A stretch of DNA of 64,000 nt from an uncultured Bdellovibrio sp. (GTDB taxonomy: Bacteria; Bdellovibrionota; Bdellovibrionia; Bdellovibrionales; Bdellovibrionaceae): positions 288,001-352,000 of the forward strand of contig CAWVRN010000001.1 of the NCBI GenBank assembly GCA_963932905.1, in the 5' to 3' direction. Below are positions 9,749 to 19,330 of this stretch, one piece after another (within the stretch, counting starts at the first letter, position 1; each line of letters opens with the position of its first letter). Both the position numbers and the translations under genes were made by a program. Under the pieces are notes generated by a model that searched no databases, was not told the DNA's origin, and saw nothing but the letters and a program-made list of their open reading frames with translations.

Positions 9749-11050
9749 GTGGATTCTGAAAAAATAAATGATCGCGGTGGTATTAAATCGATACTCCGAT
9801 ATGTCGGCTTATTTTCAGTGGTACTATCTGGAATTACGTTTATGGTGCAAGGTTGGAGCGAACTTACGGATTTAAACAAATACCTCTCTTTCTTTGGATT
9901 TGTCGCGATAATGGCGGGTTTGTCATTTCTGTTCGTCCGAAGGTTTGGCGATAAACTAACGGCAAAAATATTCGCAGTGCTTTCGGCATTAGGGATAACA
10001 ACATTGTTTTCACAAATTGCGTCGATTGTTTATTCGTCTGTTAAACCTGGGGTCGCGGCAGTTCCAGAGGCATTTCGGTTCGCTGTTCCCGCTTCTGAGT
10101 TTATGGTGATCGGTGTTGTAACAGGACTCGCTTTGATACCGATGGCACTCGTCGGATTTCATTCCCTGATTAAGTCCCGGTTTGTTGAATCAGCGTTATT
10201 GTATTTAGCTTTGAATGCGCTTTTGATCTTGCCATTTAGAGATTCAGTTTGGAATTCAGGTTTGCTTTTATCGCAGTTCCTGATTTTATTTTGGGGATAC
10301 AAAAGGTTCAAAATTCAGTTATCAATTGAGGATCGCTGGAATCGATTCGGAATGTTTGGATTGTTAAGTGCTCCGATCATCACTCTCATGATACGATCGC
10401 TCTATTATCCCGTAAACGAATACTATTTCGCTACTTTATTTGGTGTTTTAGGTGTGGCATTGGTGTTTGTGCCAGTCGAACCAACGACCCGAGATGAAAA
10501 AGAAATGGCATCTTTGTTTACTGGAATCGGCTATTTTTCTTTATTAGCGGCCTGGATATTCTTCACTGAACACACCTACTTTCTGTATGTTCGACGTCCG
10601 GAAATAGAGGCGTTCTTTAGTTTGTTACATCCGTATGTAGTGTTTGGTGGAATGTCTCTTATTTCGTATTTTGTTTATAAGGCCAAAGGAAAATCGTACT
10701 TATTTTATAAGGACGCCATTGTATTCTGGATTAATATTTCTATATGCAATTCTGTATGGAATACCAACAAATTTGAAACACACGCCGTGGGAATTTTAAT
10801 AGCCATTGGGCTAGTAGTCTATTCGTACAGTAGCCACTTTAAATGGCTACTTCTATTGAGCCTATTAACCGTAATGTTGTGCTTGACATACTATTTTGAT
10901 TTTATAACCGAACTATATCGGCGTTCACCATGGTTATTTTACGCCATTTCTGGAATCGGTCTAATATTAATTTCGGCCTTCTATGATAGGATCGTTAAGT
11001 TTATGGAACCTCTTCGACGTCGACGTGATTCGTTTCTAAATCGTGAATAA
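9749..11050 (+). CDS. Polytopic membrane protein (DUF2157-like)
   Basis: About 13 hydrophobic segments; GGAGG RBS before GTG. Confidence 0.75.
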   Translation: MDSEKINDRGGIKSILRYVGLFSVVLSGITFMVQGWSELTDLNKYLSFFGFVAIMAGLSFLFVRRFGDKLTAKIFAVLSALGITTLFSQIASIVYSSVKPGVAAVPEAFRFAVPASEFMVIGVVTGLALIPMALVGFHSLIKSRFVESALLYLALNALLILPFRDSVWNSGLLLSQFLILFWGYKRFKIQLSIEDRWNRFGMFGLLSAPIITLMIRSLYYPVNEYYFATLFGVLGVALVFVPVEPTTRDEKEMASLFTGIGYFSLLAAWIFFTEHTYFLYVRRPEIEAFFSLLHPYVVFGGMSLISYFVYKAKGKSYLFYKDAIVFWINISICNSVWNTNKFETHAVGILIAIGLVVYSYSSHFKWLLLLSLLTVMLCLTYYFDFITELYRRSPWLFYAISGIGLILISAFYDRIVKFMEPLRRRRDSFLNRE

Positions 11051-11828
11051 CTTTTTCGTCGGGAGCGTTAAAAGTCTTTTTAGCCGCCTCGGCGGCGCCC
11101 GTTCCCAATTCAGGACGCTTAAGCTTAAACGTCTTGCTAATTCGAGCTTCTCGAGGAGATTTCAAATCGACTCCCGATGATACGCGTAAGAAATCCTCGG
11201 TAAGCTCGATGCGTTCAACACCAAATCCAGTTACGTCGCCAAGCATGTTAGCAACGAAACGCTGAAGCATGCTTATAGTTTCAAAATAAATATCTACGAA
11301 AGGGATATAGCGAAATATTTTAATAAAAAACATTTTGATTTCCCCAATACCAAGCAATGTCGCTGGAACCGGTTTTACTTTTAACTGAGGATCGTATATC
11401 CAGCTACTAATCAAAGTTCCAAATTTAGGTGGATCTAAGTGATAACCACGCAAGAAATAAATAGTTAGATGTGATTCTTCTTTCTTGTCACTGTAGTGAG
11501 CGCAGATGTATAGAACGATACGATCTTTCGTAACGTCAAAACCTAAAATAGGAAGTGGAATGACAGAGAAAAAGTCATCATTTTGAGGTCTGAAAAAACC
11601 TTCGAATGTTCCGTAAAACTTTTTTTGCCCGTCTTTTATTTCATATTCGAATTCAGATTGCAGAGGAATACTTTTCGGCAACGAGGTTTTCATTGCCGCA
11701 ATTTTTTGCGTTACTTTAGTCCCGAAATCATTCAGGTCACTAGGTTGCAAACTGCACCCCGTTTCAAATGAAAAACTATACTGACACAAAAATAAAATTG
11801 CGAAAATAGTTAGGTAGAAGAATTTCAT
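11001..11828 (-). CDS. Secreted hypothetical protein
   Basis: 275 aa, Sec-type N-terminus, overlaps the upstream gene's stop by 4 nt. Confidence 0.75.
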   Translation of the reverse strand: MKFFYLTIFAILFLCQYSFSFETGCSLQPSDLNDFGTKVTQKIAAMKTSLPKSIPLQSEFEYEIKDGQKKFYGTFEGFFRPQNDDFFSVIPLPILGFDVTKDRIVLYICAHYSDKKEESHLTIYFLRGYHLDPPKFGTLISSWIYDPQLKVKPVPATLLGIGEIKMFFIKIFRYIPFVDIYFETISMLQRFVANMLGDVTGFGVERIELTEDFLRVSSGVDLKSPREARISKTFKLKRPELGTGAAEAAKKTFNAPDEKVIHDLETNHVDVEEVP

Positions 11829-12625
11829 GGGATAGGTTGTCCTTCCGAGTCTTTACCTTTATACTCTAGAGAGCCTTTAAAACAAGATTCGCGTTGAGAA
11901 ATTAGATTGTAATTTGTTAACATGGAAACTTGAATAGATTCCTGCTGACCGTTTTGAACGATCGCCGTGATTTTGTAGGCGCGCTGTTTGTTCAAGTAGA
12001 ACGGAGTCGTTGCGTGAACTGTAATTTTTTCGGCATCAAATCCGTCTATATTATTTAAAATAAAATACTCGGAAATCTTGTGGCCCTTAGGGATCGTGAT
12101 AGAAATATCGCCAATGAAATTTCCTAAATCACGATCGTTCGAGCTGGCTACAGAGCATTTTGATTTTCCAGCTTCAGAAGTCACTCGATTAGCTTTTCTA
12201 GTTAAGTTACCAAAGAAGTTTTCAAATGATAAAAATATAAACTCACCACCCAATTTGAATAAACCAAGATGGGTATTACGCCATTCCAATAATAAAGGAG
12301 GTAAATACTGACCTTGATCATTTAAAACCCAAAGCCAAATGCGGCTGGCTTGCTTGTGTTCAAATGTATATTTGACTGATTCGTAAACACATGCGCCAAC
12401 GCCAGGAAAATTAACCGGGGCGCCGTTTTCTAGGCGACAGGAGTGGACTTTGATACCTAGCTCTTTCAACATCTTGTCGATGTCCACAATAAATGAACTA
12501 ATAAAACGATAGGTTTTACTTGCCTCATTATAAGAAGTCGGCGGGGCATCGCCTGCCGTCGTCGGTGCCGCCAGTAATAGCGGCGATAAAAAAAGAGTGG
12601 CTAATAGCCAGCTCAAAAACTTCAT
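11825..12625 (-). CDS. Secreted hypothetical protein
   Basis: 266 aa, signal peptide MKFLSWLLATLFLSPLLLA, four Cys. Confidence 0.75.
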   Translation of the reverse strand: MKFLSWLLATLFLSPLLLAAPTTAGDAPPTSYNEASKTYRFISSFIVDIDKMLKELGIKVHSCRLENGAPVNFPGVGACVYESVKYTFEHKQASRIWLWVLNDQGQYLPPLLLEWRNTHLGLFKLGGEFIFLSFENFFGNLTRKANRVTSEAGKSKCSVASSNDRDLGNFIGDISITIPKGHKISEYFILNNIDGFDAEKITVHATTPFYLNKQRAYKITAIVQNGQQESIQVSMLTNYNLISQRESCFKGSLEYKGKDSEGQPIP

Positions 12626-12634
12626 TTAATGCAC

Positions 12635-13423
12635 CTATTGTTTTTTAGATCTTAATTTAAAGTTACCTACGAACTTATTAACTGCTTTTGAATTGTAAGT
12701 GCCAGAAAATTCGCAAATGGCGGGCTTCAAGACAGTTTTATCTGGAGTATCCATGTCAAAGCCGCTTTTCCAAGCTGTACAGCTGCCTTTGTATGCAAAT
12801 TTCCCATCAGCCAACTTTTGATCGAAATCAACAGTGATATCTTTGATACGCATATCGAACGAACCAAAGTTAATGCTGTTCACTGAAATATCTAACAACT
12901 TTTTATCATCTAAAGTGTTACAAACATCGTTATTAAACGAATAGTTTTGGCAAAAGCGTACTGTTAATTTCATTTTTCCCGCCGCACCAGTTTTGATTTT
13001 AGAAACTACGAACATTTCTTTAGTAGAGAATCTAACATCAGGAATAACCTTTCTGACTTGAGGATTGGTTTTTTCTTCATCTACAAAGCTATATTGAATC
13101 TGATCTTTAAACTTGATTAACGCAGAAATGTCTAAATACTTAAATTCGATGTCTGTTTTACTTTCTTCGCCTTTTTGAGTTGTTTTGAAGTCGACATCGA
13201 TATCAAAATCAAACCTGGCTAGTACGATTTGATTTAAAATCGTAATTAGAGCTGACTTAGAAGCCGCATCTTGAGCATCCTCTTTTGCTTTGTTTGACGT
13301 TTTTGACTTAGCCGACTTTTTCACCACCGGAGTTCCATCGGTAGCCAAAGTTAGAACAGGTGTTGAAGCAATTAAACCGGCGATCAAAAGTTTAGAGAAT
13401 GCATTTTTCATAAAGCCTCGCAA
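12635..13423 (-). CDS. Secreted hypothetical beta-rich protein
   Basis: 262 aa, signal peptide (start may be MKNAF), K/S-rich linker, paired Cys. Confidence 0.75.
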   Translation of the reverse strand: MRGFMKNAFSKLLIAGLIASTPVLTLATDGTPVVKKSAKSKTSNKAKEDAQDAASKSALITILNQIVLARFDFDIDVDFKTTQKGEESKTDIEFKYLDISALIKFKDQIQYSFVDEEKTNPQVRKVIPDVRFSTKEMFVVSKIKTGAAGKMKLTVRFCQNYSFNNDVCNTLDDKKLLDISVNSINFGSFDMRIKDITVDFDQKLADGKFAYKGSCTAWKSGFDMDTPDKTVLKPAICEFSGTYNSKAVNKFVGNFKLRSKKQ

Positions 13424-13516
13424 AAATATTTTGAACCGGAGTATATCTTAATTAGTTAAGTTTGTGTGATAATTCTTTTAATAAAACATTTATTTTCCAG
13501 TCATTAAACACGCCGC

Positions 13517-13558
13517 TGTCAACATTGTTGACACAAAAATTGTCACATTGAAAAGACA
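13517..13558. promoter_or_regulatory. Paired TGTC-Nn-GACA palindromes in a divergent promoter
   Basis: TGTCAACA-T-TGTTGACA (13517-13533, perfect 8-bp arms) and TGTC-N10-GACA (13541-13558). Confidence 0.5.
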
Positions 13559-13604
13559 TATTACAGTTTGCGATCGAAACACATCTGTGTAATGATTTTC
13601 TCAG

Positions 13605-14057
13605 ATGCGTTCACCACTACTTATCGCTTTTTTATTTCTTATGGCTCTGTCTATGGCAGTCGTTCTGGCTGTTCCCAATTTCAAGAAGAAGTTCAAAGAA
13701 TATTTTGTAACAGAACATCGCACGATTTTGGGTAAAGTTGTAGGGAATCTTCACCCCGGTTCTGAAACTTTTGTTATTCTAAAAATAAAACAGAAAGAAA
13801 ATATTTTTGTCGAGGTTTATAAAGAGGACCCTAAAACTGAAACTTTACAATTTATGCAGAAGTTAGATCTGGGGCAGAAAAAAGAAGGTCATTTTACCTT
13901 TAAAAATGAAGCCACTAACCTGGTTTTTACCAATATCGATGACGACGAGAATCTAGAAATATTGGTCCCAGTTTTTGATTCCGAAATGACCGCTCGGTTA
14001 TATACGATAAAATACAATGAATCGATAATGCAGTTCGAAGTCCTTAATTCGAATTAG
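13605..14057 (+). CDS. Hypothetical exported protein
   Basis: 150 aa, N-terminal hydrophobic helix, NIDDDENLEILV FG-GAP-like Ca-binding loop. Confidence 0.75.
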   Translation: MRSPLLIAFLFLMALSMAVVLAVPNFKKKFKEYFVTEHRTILGKVVGNLHPGSETFVILKIKQKENIFVEVYKEDPKTETLQFMQKLDLGQKKEGHFTFKNEATNLVFTNIDDDENLEILVPVFDSEMTARLYTIKYNESIMQFEVLNSN

Positions 14058-14179
14058 TTACTTGCGGCTTGTAAGCCCCACCTTTGTCTAAGTGCAAGGT
14101 CACCCGACTTAGATAAAGAAGATCAAAAAAAGGCATTTCAAAATTCAAATTCGGCAGTGTGAGATTTATCATATAGAAT

Positions 14180-14842
14180 ATGATAGAATTCTCTCATCTT
14201 TATAAGTCTTATGACAAAAAGATACATGCTTTGAAGGACATAAATTTAAAAATTGAATCCGGCGAGTTTGTATTTTTAACCGGTCCATCTGGAGCAGGAA
14301 AATCGACTTTTTTCAAAATGATCACGGGTTACGATCACCCTACATCTGGAAAAATCACCGTCGGAAATTTTGATTTAAATGCAATTAAAGAAAGTGACCT
14401 ATCAACCTATCGTAGAAAACTAGGCATTGTATTTCAAGATTTCAAATTGCTTCCTGATCGCACAGTATACGAAAACGTATGCTTGCCGTTACGTATCCAA
14501 AAGCATCATGAAAGCTTTATTAAAAAACGTGCGCTTGAAGTGCTAGATTTGGTCGGTCTATCAGAGAAAACCGAACAGTTTCCAGAGTATTTATCTGGTG
14601 GAGAACAGCAGCGCACTGCTATTGCCCGAGCCATCATTCATCAGCCGGGTGTTTTAATCGCCGATGAACCGACGGGAAATTTGGACCCTGAAATGAGTAG
14701 CAAAATTATCGATGTTTTTGAAAAAGTGTGCGCACAAGGAACTACCGTTGTTATCGCGACTCACGATCATGAACTAGTTAAACGCAAAAACAAAAAAGTA
14801 ATCGAACTAATGAATGGTTCGGTTCATAAAATGAGCTTATGA
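14180..14842 (+). CDS. ftsE: Cell division ATP-binding protein FtsE
   Basis: GPSGAGKS, GIVFQDFKLL, LSGGEQQR, ADEPTGNLD. Confidence 0.95.
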   Translation: MIEFSHLYKSYDKKIHALKDINLKIESGEFVFLTGPSGAGKSTFFKMITGYDHPTSGKITVGNFDLNAIKESDLSTYRRKLGIVFQDFKLLPDRTVYENVCLPLRIQKHHESFIKKRALEVLDLVGLSEKTEQFPEYLSGGEQQRTAIARAIIHQPGVLIADEPTGNLDPEMSSKIIDVFEKVCAQGTTVVIATHDHELVKRKNKKVIELMNGSVHKMSL

Positions 14843-15723
14843 AAGAATATCAACAAAAATCAATTCAGCGTGTAACTGCCATTTCCATTATCGGAGCGAC
14901 ATTTTCCGTAATTTTGGGATTCTATTTGATGTCTAAAAATATCAGCCATATTCTTTCGATCTGGGGGGAAAGTAATAAACTGATAGTTTATCTAGAAAGC
15001 GATTCAGAAAATTATATCAAAAGGTCGACGCAGTCTCGGTTAGAAAAAAATGTTTTGGTCGACAAGGTCGTGTTTTTTTCTAAAGAACAAGCGATTGCTG
15101 ACTTTAATGCTCAGATTTCGGGATATATGTCGGGACTGCAAAATGACGGCGCTTTATTACAGGTTATCCCGCCCTATTTTGAAGTGTATTTGAAAACGGA
15201 AGGAACCCTGGATGAGTTAAATGCGAAAGCAAAAGCCTTGGCACTTGAAATCCGCGACTGGAATGGTATTGAAGACGTCTCTAGTGGGTCGTTGTGGACC
15301 GAAAAGTATTCCCGTTTAAGTCAGTCCGTTAATGCGTTCTTTGTTTTTTTGGGTTTAATTCTATTTGCACTATCTTTCTTTGTTGTATCCAGTTCGATAA
15401 AGTCACATCTATTCCAACGAGCGAAAGAGATCGAGATTTTGGAAATGATTGGAGCTACGAAATTCTATATCCAACGTCCGATATTTATCGAGAGTCTGGG
15501 AATTGTGTCTTTAGCTTTTGCCATCGGTTTGGGTGTGAATTCTGCGCTGTTCTTCTATTTTAATTCATTTTTTGAAAATCAGTTAAAGTTACTCAACTTG
15601 AATCAAGTGTTTCAGTTTTTTAATTTTTTAGAGTTGCTCATTGCTTTTGGTGTTTCTATAGGAATGGGTCTCTTGGTAACTCGATTGACTTTTAGCAGAC
15701 TTTATCGGTTCCGCCACGCATGA
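14839..15723 (+). CDS. ftsX: Cell division permease FtsX
   Basis: Four TM helices, EIEILEMIGAT...IQRPIFIE, coupled to ftsE. Confidence 0.9.
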   Translation: MKEYQQKSIQRVTAISIIGATFSVILGFYLMSKNISHILSIWGESNKLIVYLESDSENYIKRSTQSRLEKNVLVDKVVFFSKEQAIADFNAQISGYMSGLQNDGALLQVIPPYFEVYLKTEGTLDELNAKAKALALEIRDWNGIEDVSSGSLWTEKYSRLSQSVNAFFVFLGLILFALSFFVVSSSIKSHLFQRAKEIEILEMIGATKFYIQRPIFIESLGIVSLAFAIGLGVNSALFFYFNSFFENQLKLLNLNQVFQFFNFLELLIAFGVSIGMGLLVTRLTFSRLYRFRHA

Positions 15724-16820
15724 GATGGATTTTGATTATTTTCATTTTTAGCGGATCAGTATTTTGTGCTACAGAGGTCGATGTGCAAAAACAAGTGGCC
15801 TTAAAGCAGAATAAGCTTATGAATATTGAGCTTAAACAAGATGCGCTTTTGCAGGACCTAATCAATATTAACAAAAAAATTAAATCACAGACAACAAAGT
15901 TGTCGACGGTTCAAAAAGAAGTCGAAATTATTAATGCTGAAATTAATAGGCAGAAACTGGAAATTAAAATAATGTCTAAACAGCTTTTAGAATCCAAGAA
16001 ACGCCTGACTACAAAAATTAAAGCTATTTCAAAAATTAAATCTGGCAACCTTTTACAAGTGGCGCTTGTTCATTCAAATTTAGTTGATATCGAAAAAAGT
16101 GTTAAAATGATGGGAATCATCGCTAGCTATGACGTGCAGTTTATCAATGACTATTATGAAAAGAAACTTGAACTCGGCCGTAGCATTAAAACATTGGATT
16201 CACGCAATGAAGTTCTTAGGAAAAAAGAAGCGCACCTTGCCGAACAAAAGCTGATTTTGGAAAAAGACTCAGAACTGCGGGTGGCTTGGCTAGAACAAGT
16301 TAAGAAAACGAAAATGTTCACTGAGTCTGAAATTGTTAAAATGAAGAAAAACAAAAACAACTCTGGATTTGACGACCTAGGGGTGTTTGACATTTTCTCT
16401 AAAGATACGATTGTGAAAAACAAAGGCCGTTTAAAACCTCCTATGGATGGCGAAGTTTCGCAAACCTATGGCGCCAACGTCGTTGATTCTATCATTGTAA
16501 ATAATTCTGGCGTGTTTCTGGCGTCTACGAATGTTCAGGCTATCAAGGCATTATTTAATGCAGAAGTTGTTTTTTCAGGAACGATGGATGGCCTTGGTAA
16601 CGTTGTGATTCTTGACCACGGTGACAATTACTATTCTGTATACGGAAATTTAAATAGTATTTCAGTGAAGACAAAACAAATAGTCCGGACGGGACAGGTT
16701 ATCGCACAAAGCGATTTTAGCCCCCTATTTGGCAGCAATGGATTGTATTTTGAAATGAGACATTACTCGCAGTCGCTCAACCCCCGAGATTGGATAAGGA
16801 GTTTCCATGAAAGCAACTAG
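15720..16820 (+). CDS. envC: Murein hydrolase activator EnvC-like (coiled coil plus degenerate M23 domain)
   Basis: Long coiled coil; LytM fold ILDHG..YYSVYGNL...LYFEMR lacking Zn ligands; follows ftsEX. Confidence 0.85.
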   Translation: MRWILIIFIFSGSVFCATEVDVQKQVALKQNKLMNIELKQDALLQDLININKKIKSQTTKLSTVQKEVEIINAEINRQKLEIKIMSKQLLESKKRLTTKIKAISKIKSGNLLQVALVHSNLVDIEKSVKMMGIIASYDVQFINDYYEKKLELGRSIKTLDSRNEVLRKKEAHLAEQKLILEKDSELRVAWLEQVKKTKMFTESEIVKMKKNKNNSGFDDLGVFDIFSKDTIVKNKGRLKPPMDGEVSQTYGANVVDSIIVNNSGVFLASTNVQAIKALFNAEVVFSGTMDGLGNVVILDHGDNYYSVYGNLNSISVKTKQIVRTGQVIAQSDFSPLFGSNGLYFEMRHYSQSLNPRDWIRSFHESN

Positions 16821-18165
16821 AACCACTATCTTTAAATGCGTACTAGGCGTACTGGCGGTATCATCCGTCTTTCTAGTTTCATCTGCACAGGAGCGATACT
16901 CGGAGCTTCAAAACTTCAGCAAGGTTTTGAATCTGATTCAGCAATACTATGTAGAAGAGGTTGATACTAAAAAATTAATTCAAGGTGCGATTAAGGGTAT
17001 GTTGAAGGAACTAGATCCACACACGAGTTTTATGGCAGCCGATGTGTTCAAAGAATTCGAGACAGAAACAAGTGGTGAGTTTGGCGGACTTGGGATCGAG
17101 ATGTCGATTCAAAATGGCGTCTTGACAATTATTTCTCCTATCGAGGATACACCTGCTTGGATTGCTGGTGTTAAGCCGGGTGATAAGGTTATTGCGATCG
17201 ACAAAAAATCCACTAAAGGTTTAAGTCTTGTAGAAGCATCCCAATATATTCGCGGAAAAAATGGAACGAAGGTCGTTTTAAAAATCGTTCGTGAATCAAG
17301 TCCAAGCCCAATTGACATTACAATCACGCGCGGCCAAGTAAAAATCAAATCTGTCAAATACACGGACATGGAAGATGGCTACGCTTATGTTCGCGTCACT
17401 AGCTTCATAGAAAATACAGCAAAAGATTTAGAAAAAGCTCTAGATAAGCACGTCGAAAAACATAAAAAAATAGAAGGTCTAATTATCGATTTGCGTCGAA
17501 ACCCGGGCGGCTTGCTTGATCAAGCGATCAAAATGAGTGACCTGTTTTTGGCCGACGGCGTGATTGTAAGTACAATCGGTAGAAATAAAAAAGAAAAAGA
17601 AGTATCTATGGCGTCTAAAAAGGCGAAATTTAAAGAGTGTCCACTGATCGTTTTAGTAAACGAATACTCTGCCAGTGCGAGTGAGATTGTTTCCGGTGCC
17701 TTACAAGACAACAAGCGCGCTTTGATCGCTGGTGAGCGCACATTTGGTAAAGGCTCTGTTCAATCTATCGTTAAACTTCCCGATGGCAGCGGCTTGAAGT
17801 TAACTGTGGCTCGTTACTACACACCACGCGGTATTTCGATACAAGCAGAAGGCATTAAGCCAGATATTGAGATTGAAGATATCGAAGCCGAAGCATTTGC
17901 TAAAGCGATTATTAAGCAAAAAGGTTCACGCGAAAAAGATATTCAAGGTCACTTGAAAGGCGATCGTGAAGATCAAGAAGACGCGGCAGAAGGTGATAAA
18001 AAACAAAATATCAGCAGCAATGCGACCTCTTGGTGGAACGACGTATCGGCAACCAAAGATGAAAATTTGTCACCTAAAATGAAAATGCTAAAAAACGATT
18101 TCCAAGTGTATCAAGCCTTTAATTACTTGAAGACATGGAAGAGCTTAAAGGTTATGACTAAATGA
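16807..18165 (+). CDS. ctpA: Carboxyl-terminal processing protease, S41A family
   Basis: LDPH, PDZ GGLGI, DLRRNPGGLL, SASASEIV, TFGKGSVQ. Confidence 0.95.
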   Translation: MKATRTTIFKCVLGVLAVSSVFLVSSAQERYSELQNFSKVLNLIQQYYVEEVDTKKLIQGAIKGMLKELDPHTSFMAADVFKEFETETSGEFGGLGIEMSIQNGVLTIISPIEDTPAWIAGVKPGDKVIAIDKKSTKGLSLVEASQYIRGKNGTKVVLKIVRESSPSPIDITITRGQVKIKSVKYTDMEDGYAYVRVTSFIENTAKDLEKALDKHVEKHKKIEGLIIDLRRNPGGLLDQAIKMSDLFLADGVIVSTIGRNKKEKEVSMASKKAKFKECPLIVLVNEYSASASEIVSGALQDNKRALIAGERTFGKGSVQSIVKLPDGSGLKLTVARYYTPRGISIQAEGIKPDIEIEDIEAEAFAKAIIKQKGSREKDIQGHLKGDREDQEDAAEGDKKQNISSNATSWWNDVSATKDENLSPKMKMLKNDFQVYQAFNYLKTWKSLKVMTK

Positions 18166-18800
18166 TGAATCTAATCACCCTACTGATCATGCTTAGTTTT
18201 ACAGCTGTAAATGCCGAACCCAAGTCGGAATCTAAAAAAGATCAGAAGAAGGTAAAGGAAACAAACGTCGTGAAAAACATAGTCGAATCTAGCAAAGCAA
18301 AAAAAGATGGCGAAGTGTGCGAACTACCTAAATCAGACGCCGAGTTAAGAAAGTTATTATCTCCGGAGCAATATCGGATTATGAAAGAAAACGGTACCGA
18401 GCGACCGTTTGACAATAAGTACTGGAATAACAAACATCCAGGTATCTATGTCGATCTAATTTCTAATGAAGCTTTGTTCAGTTCTAAGGATAAATTTGAC
18501 TCTGGTTCCGGTTGGCCCAGTTTTACCAAACCAATTAAAGATGAACGTGTGATAGAAAAGAAAGATTCGTCACACGGCATGACTCGAACTGAAGTTAGAT
18601 CTAAAACAGCGGATGCGCATCTAGGCCACGTTTTTGATGACGGACCTGCGGAAACTGGTGGGTTACGCTTTTGTATTAATTCAGCGGCGCTGAAGTTTGT
18701 TCCATTGGAAAAAATGGAAGAAATGGGTTACGAAAAATTCCTTCCATTATTCGATAAAAAAGATTGGGAAAAAGCGAATAAAGAGCCTTACAAAAATTAG
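18162..18800 (+). CDS. msrB: Peptide-methionine (R)-S-oxide reductase with signal peptide
   Basis: GTERPF, KFDSGSGWPSF, HLGHVFDDGP, RFCINSAAL. Confidence 0.95.
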   Translation: MMNLITLLIMLSFTAVNAEPKSESKKDQKKVKETNVVKNIVESSKAKKDGEVCELPKSDAELRKLLSPEQYRIMKENGTERPFDNKYWNNKHPGIYVDLISNEALFSSKDKFDSGSGWPSFTKPIKDERVIEKKDSSHGMTRTEVRSKTADAHLGHVFDDGPAETGGLRFCINSAALKFVPLEKMEEMGYEKFLPLFDKKDWEKANKEPYKN

Positions 18801-18805
18801 TTCCT

Positions 18806-19282
18806 TTGAGAATTCCTAAACGACTATTTCAGATATATACACTGGCCCAAGGCGATACGCTTTGGGATATAGGTTGTGATCATTCATTGTTAGCGCTAAT
18901 TAATTTGCGTGAAAAAAAATTCTCTAAAGTTTATTGTGTCGATAAATCAAAAGCCTCGCTAGAAAAAATATCTCAAACGATGCGAATCCTTGATCCTTCT
19001 AGGATTGGTTTAGTTCTATCCGATGGCTGCTTGCTAAACTGGGAGGAAGTAAAGGGCACCGTTGTTATTGCAGGCGTGGGTGGCAATACCGTCTTAAAAG
19101 TTCTTGCATCGTGCCCGGACAACATTCGCGATCGCCTGACCTGGGTTCTGAATCCATTCACTAGTGTGGATAAGTTTACCAAGGAAATTGGTCGATTTTT
19201 ACCAGAAACGCGCATGGAATGCTTTGAGGCCAAAGAAAAAGGTCGCGTTCGTCGTATATTTCGGTATTCCGCAGTTGAATAA
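18806..19282 (+). CDS. trmK: tRNA (adenine22-N1)-methyltransferase-like, short
   Basis: DIGCDH, SDG, VIAGVGG and LNP motifs; only 158 aa. Confidence 0.7.
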   Translation: MRIPKRLFQIYTLAQGDTLWDIGCDHSLLALINLREKKFSKVYCVDKSKASLEKISQTMRILDPSRIGLVLSDGCLLNWEEVKGTVVIAGVGGNTVLKVLASCPDNIRDRLTWVLNPFTSVDKFTKEIGRFLPETRMECFEAKEKGRVRRIFRYSAVE

Positions 19283-19330
19283 ATTACAGTGTGGTTGTGA
19301 GTTTCATTTATTTTAGTTAGTCTTTAATTC

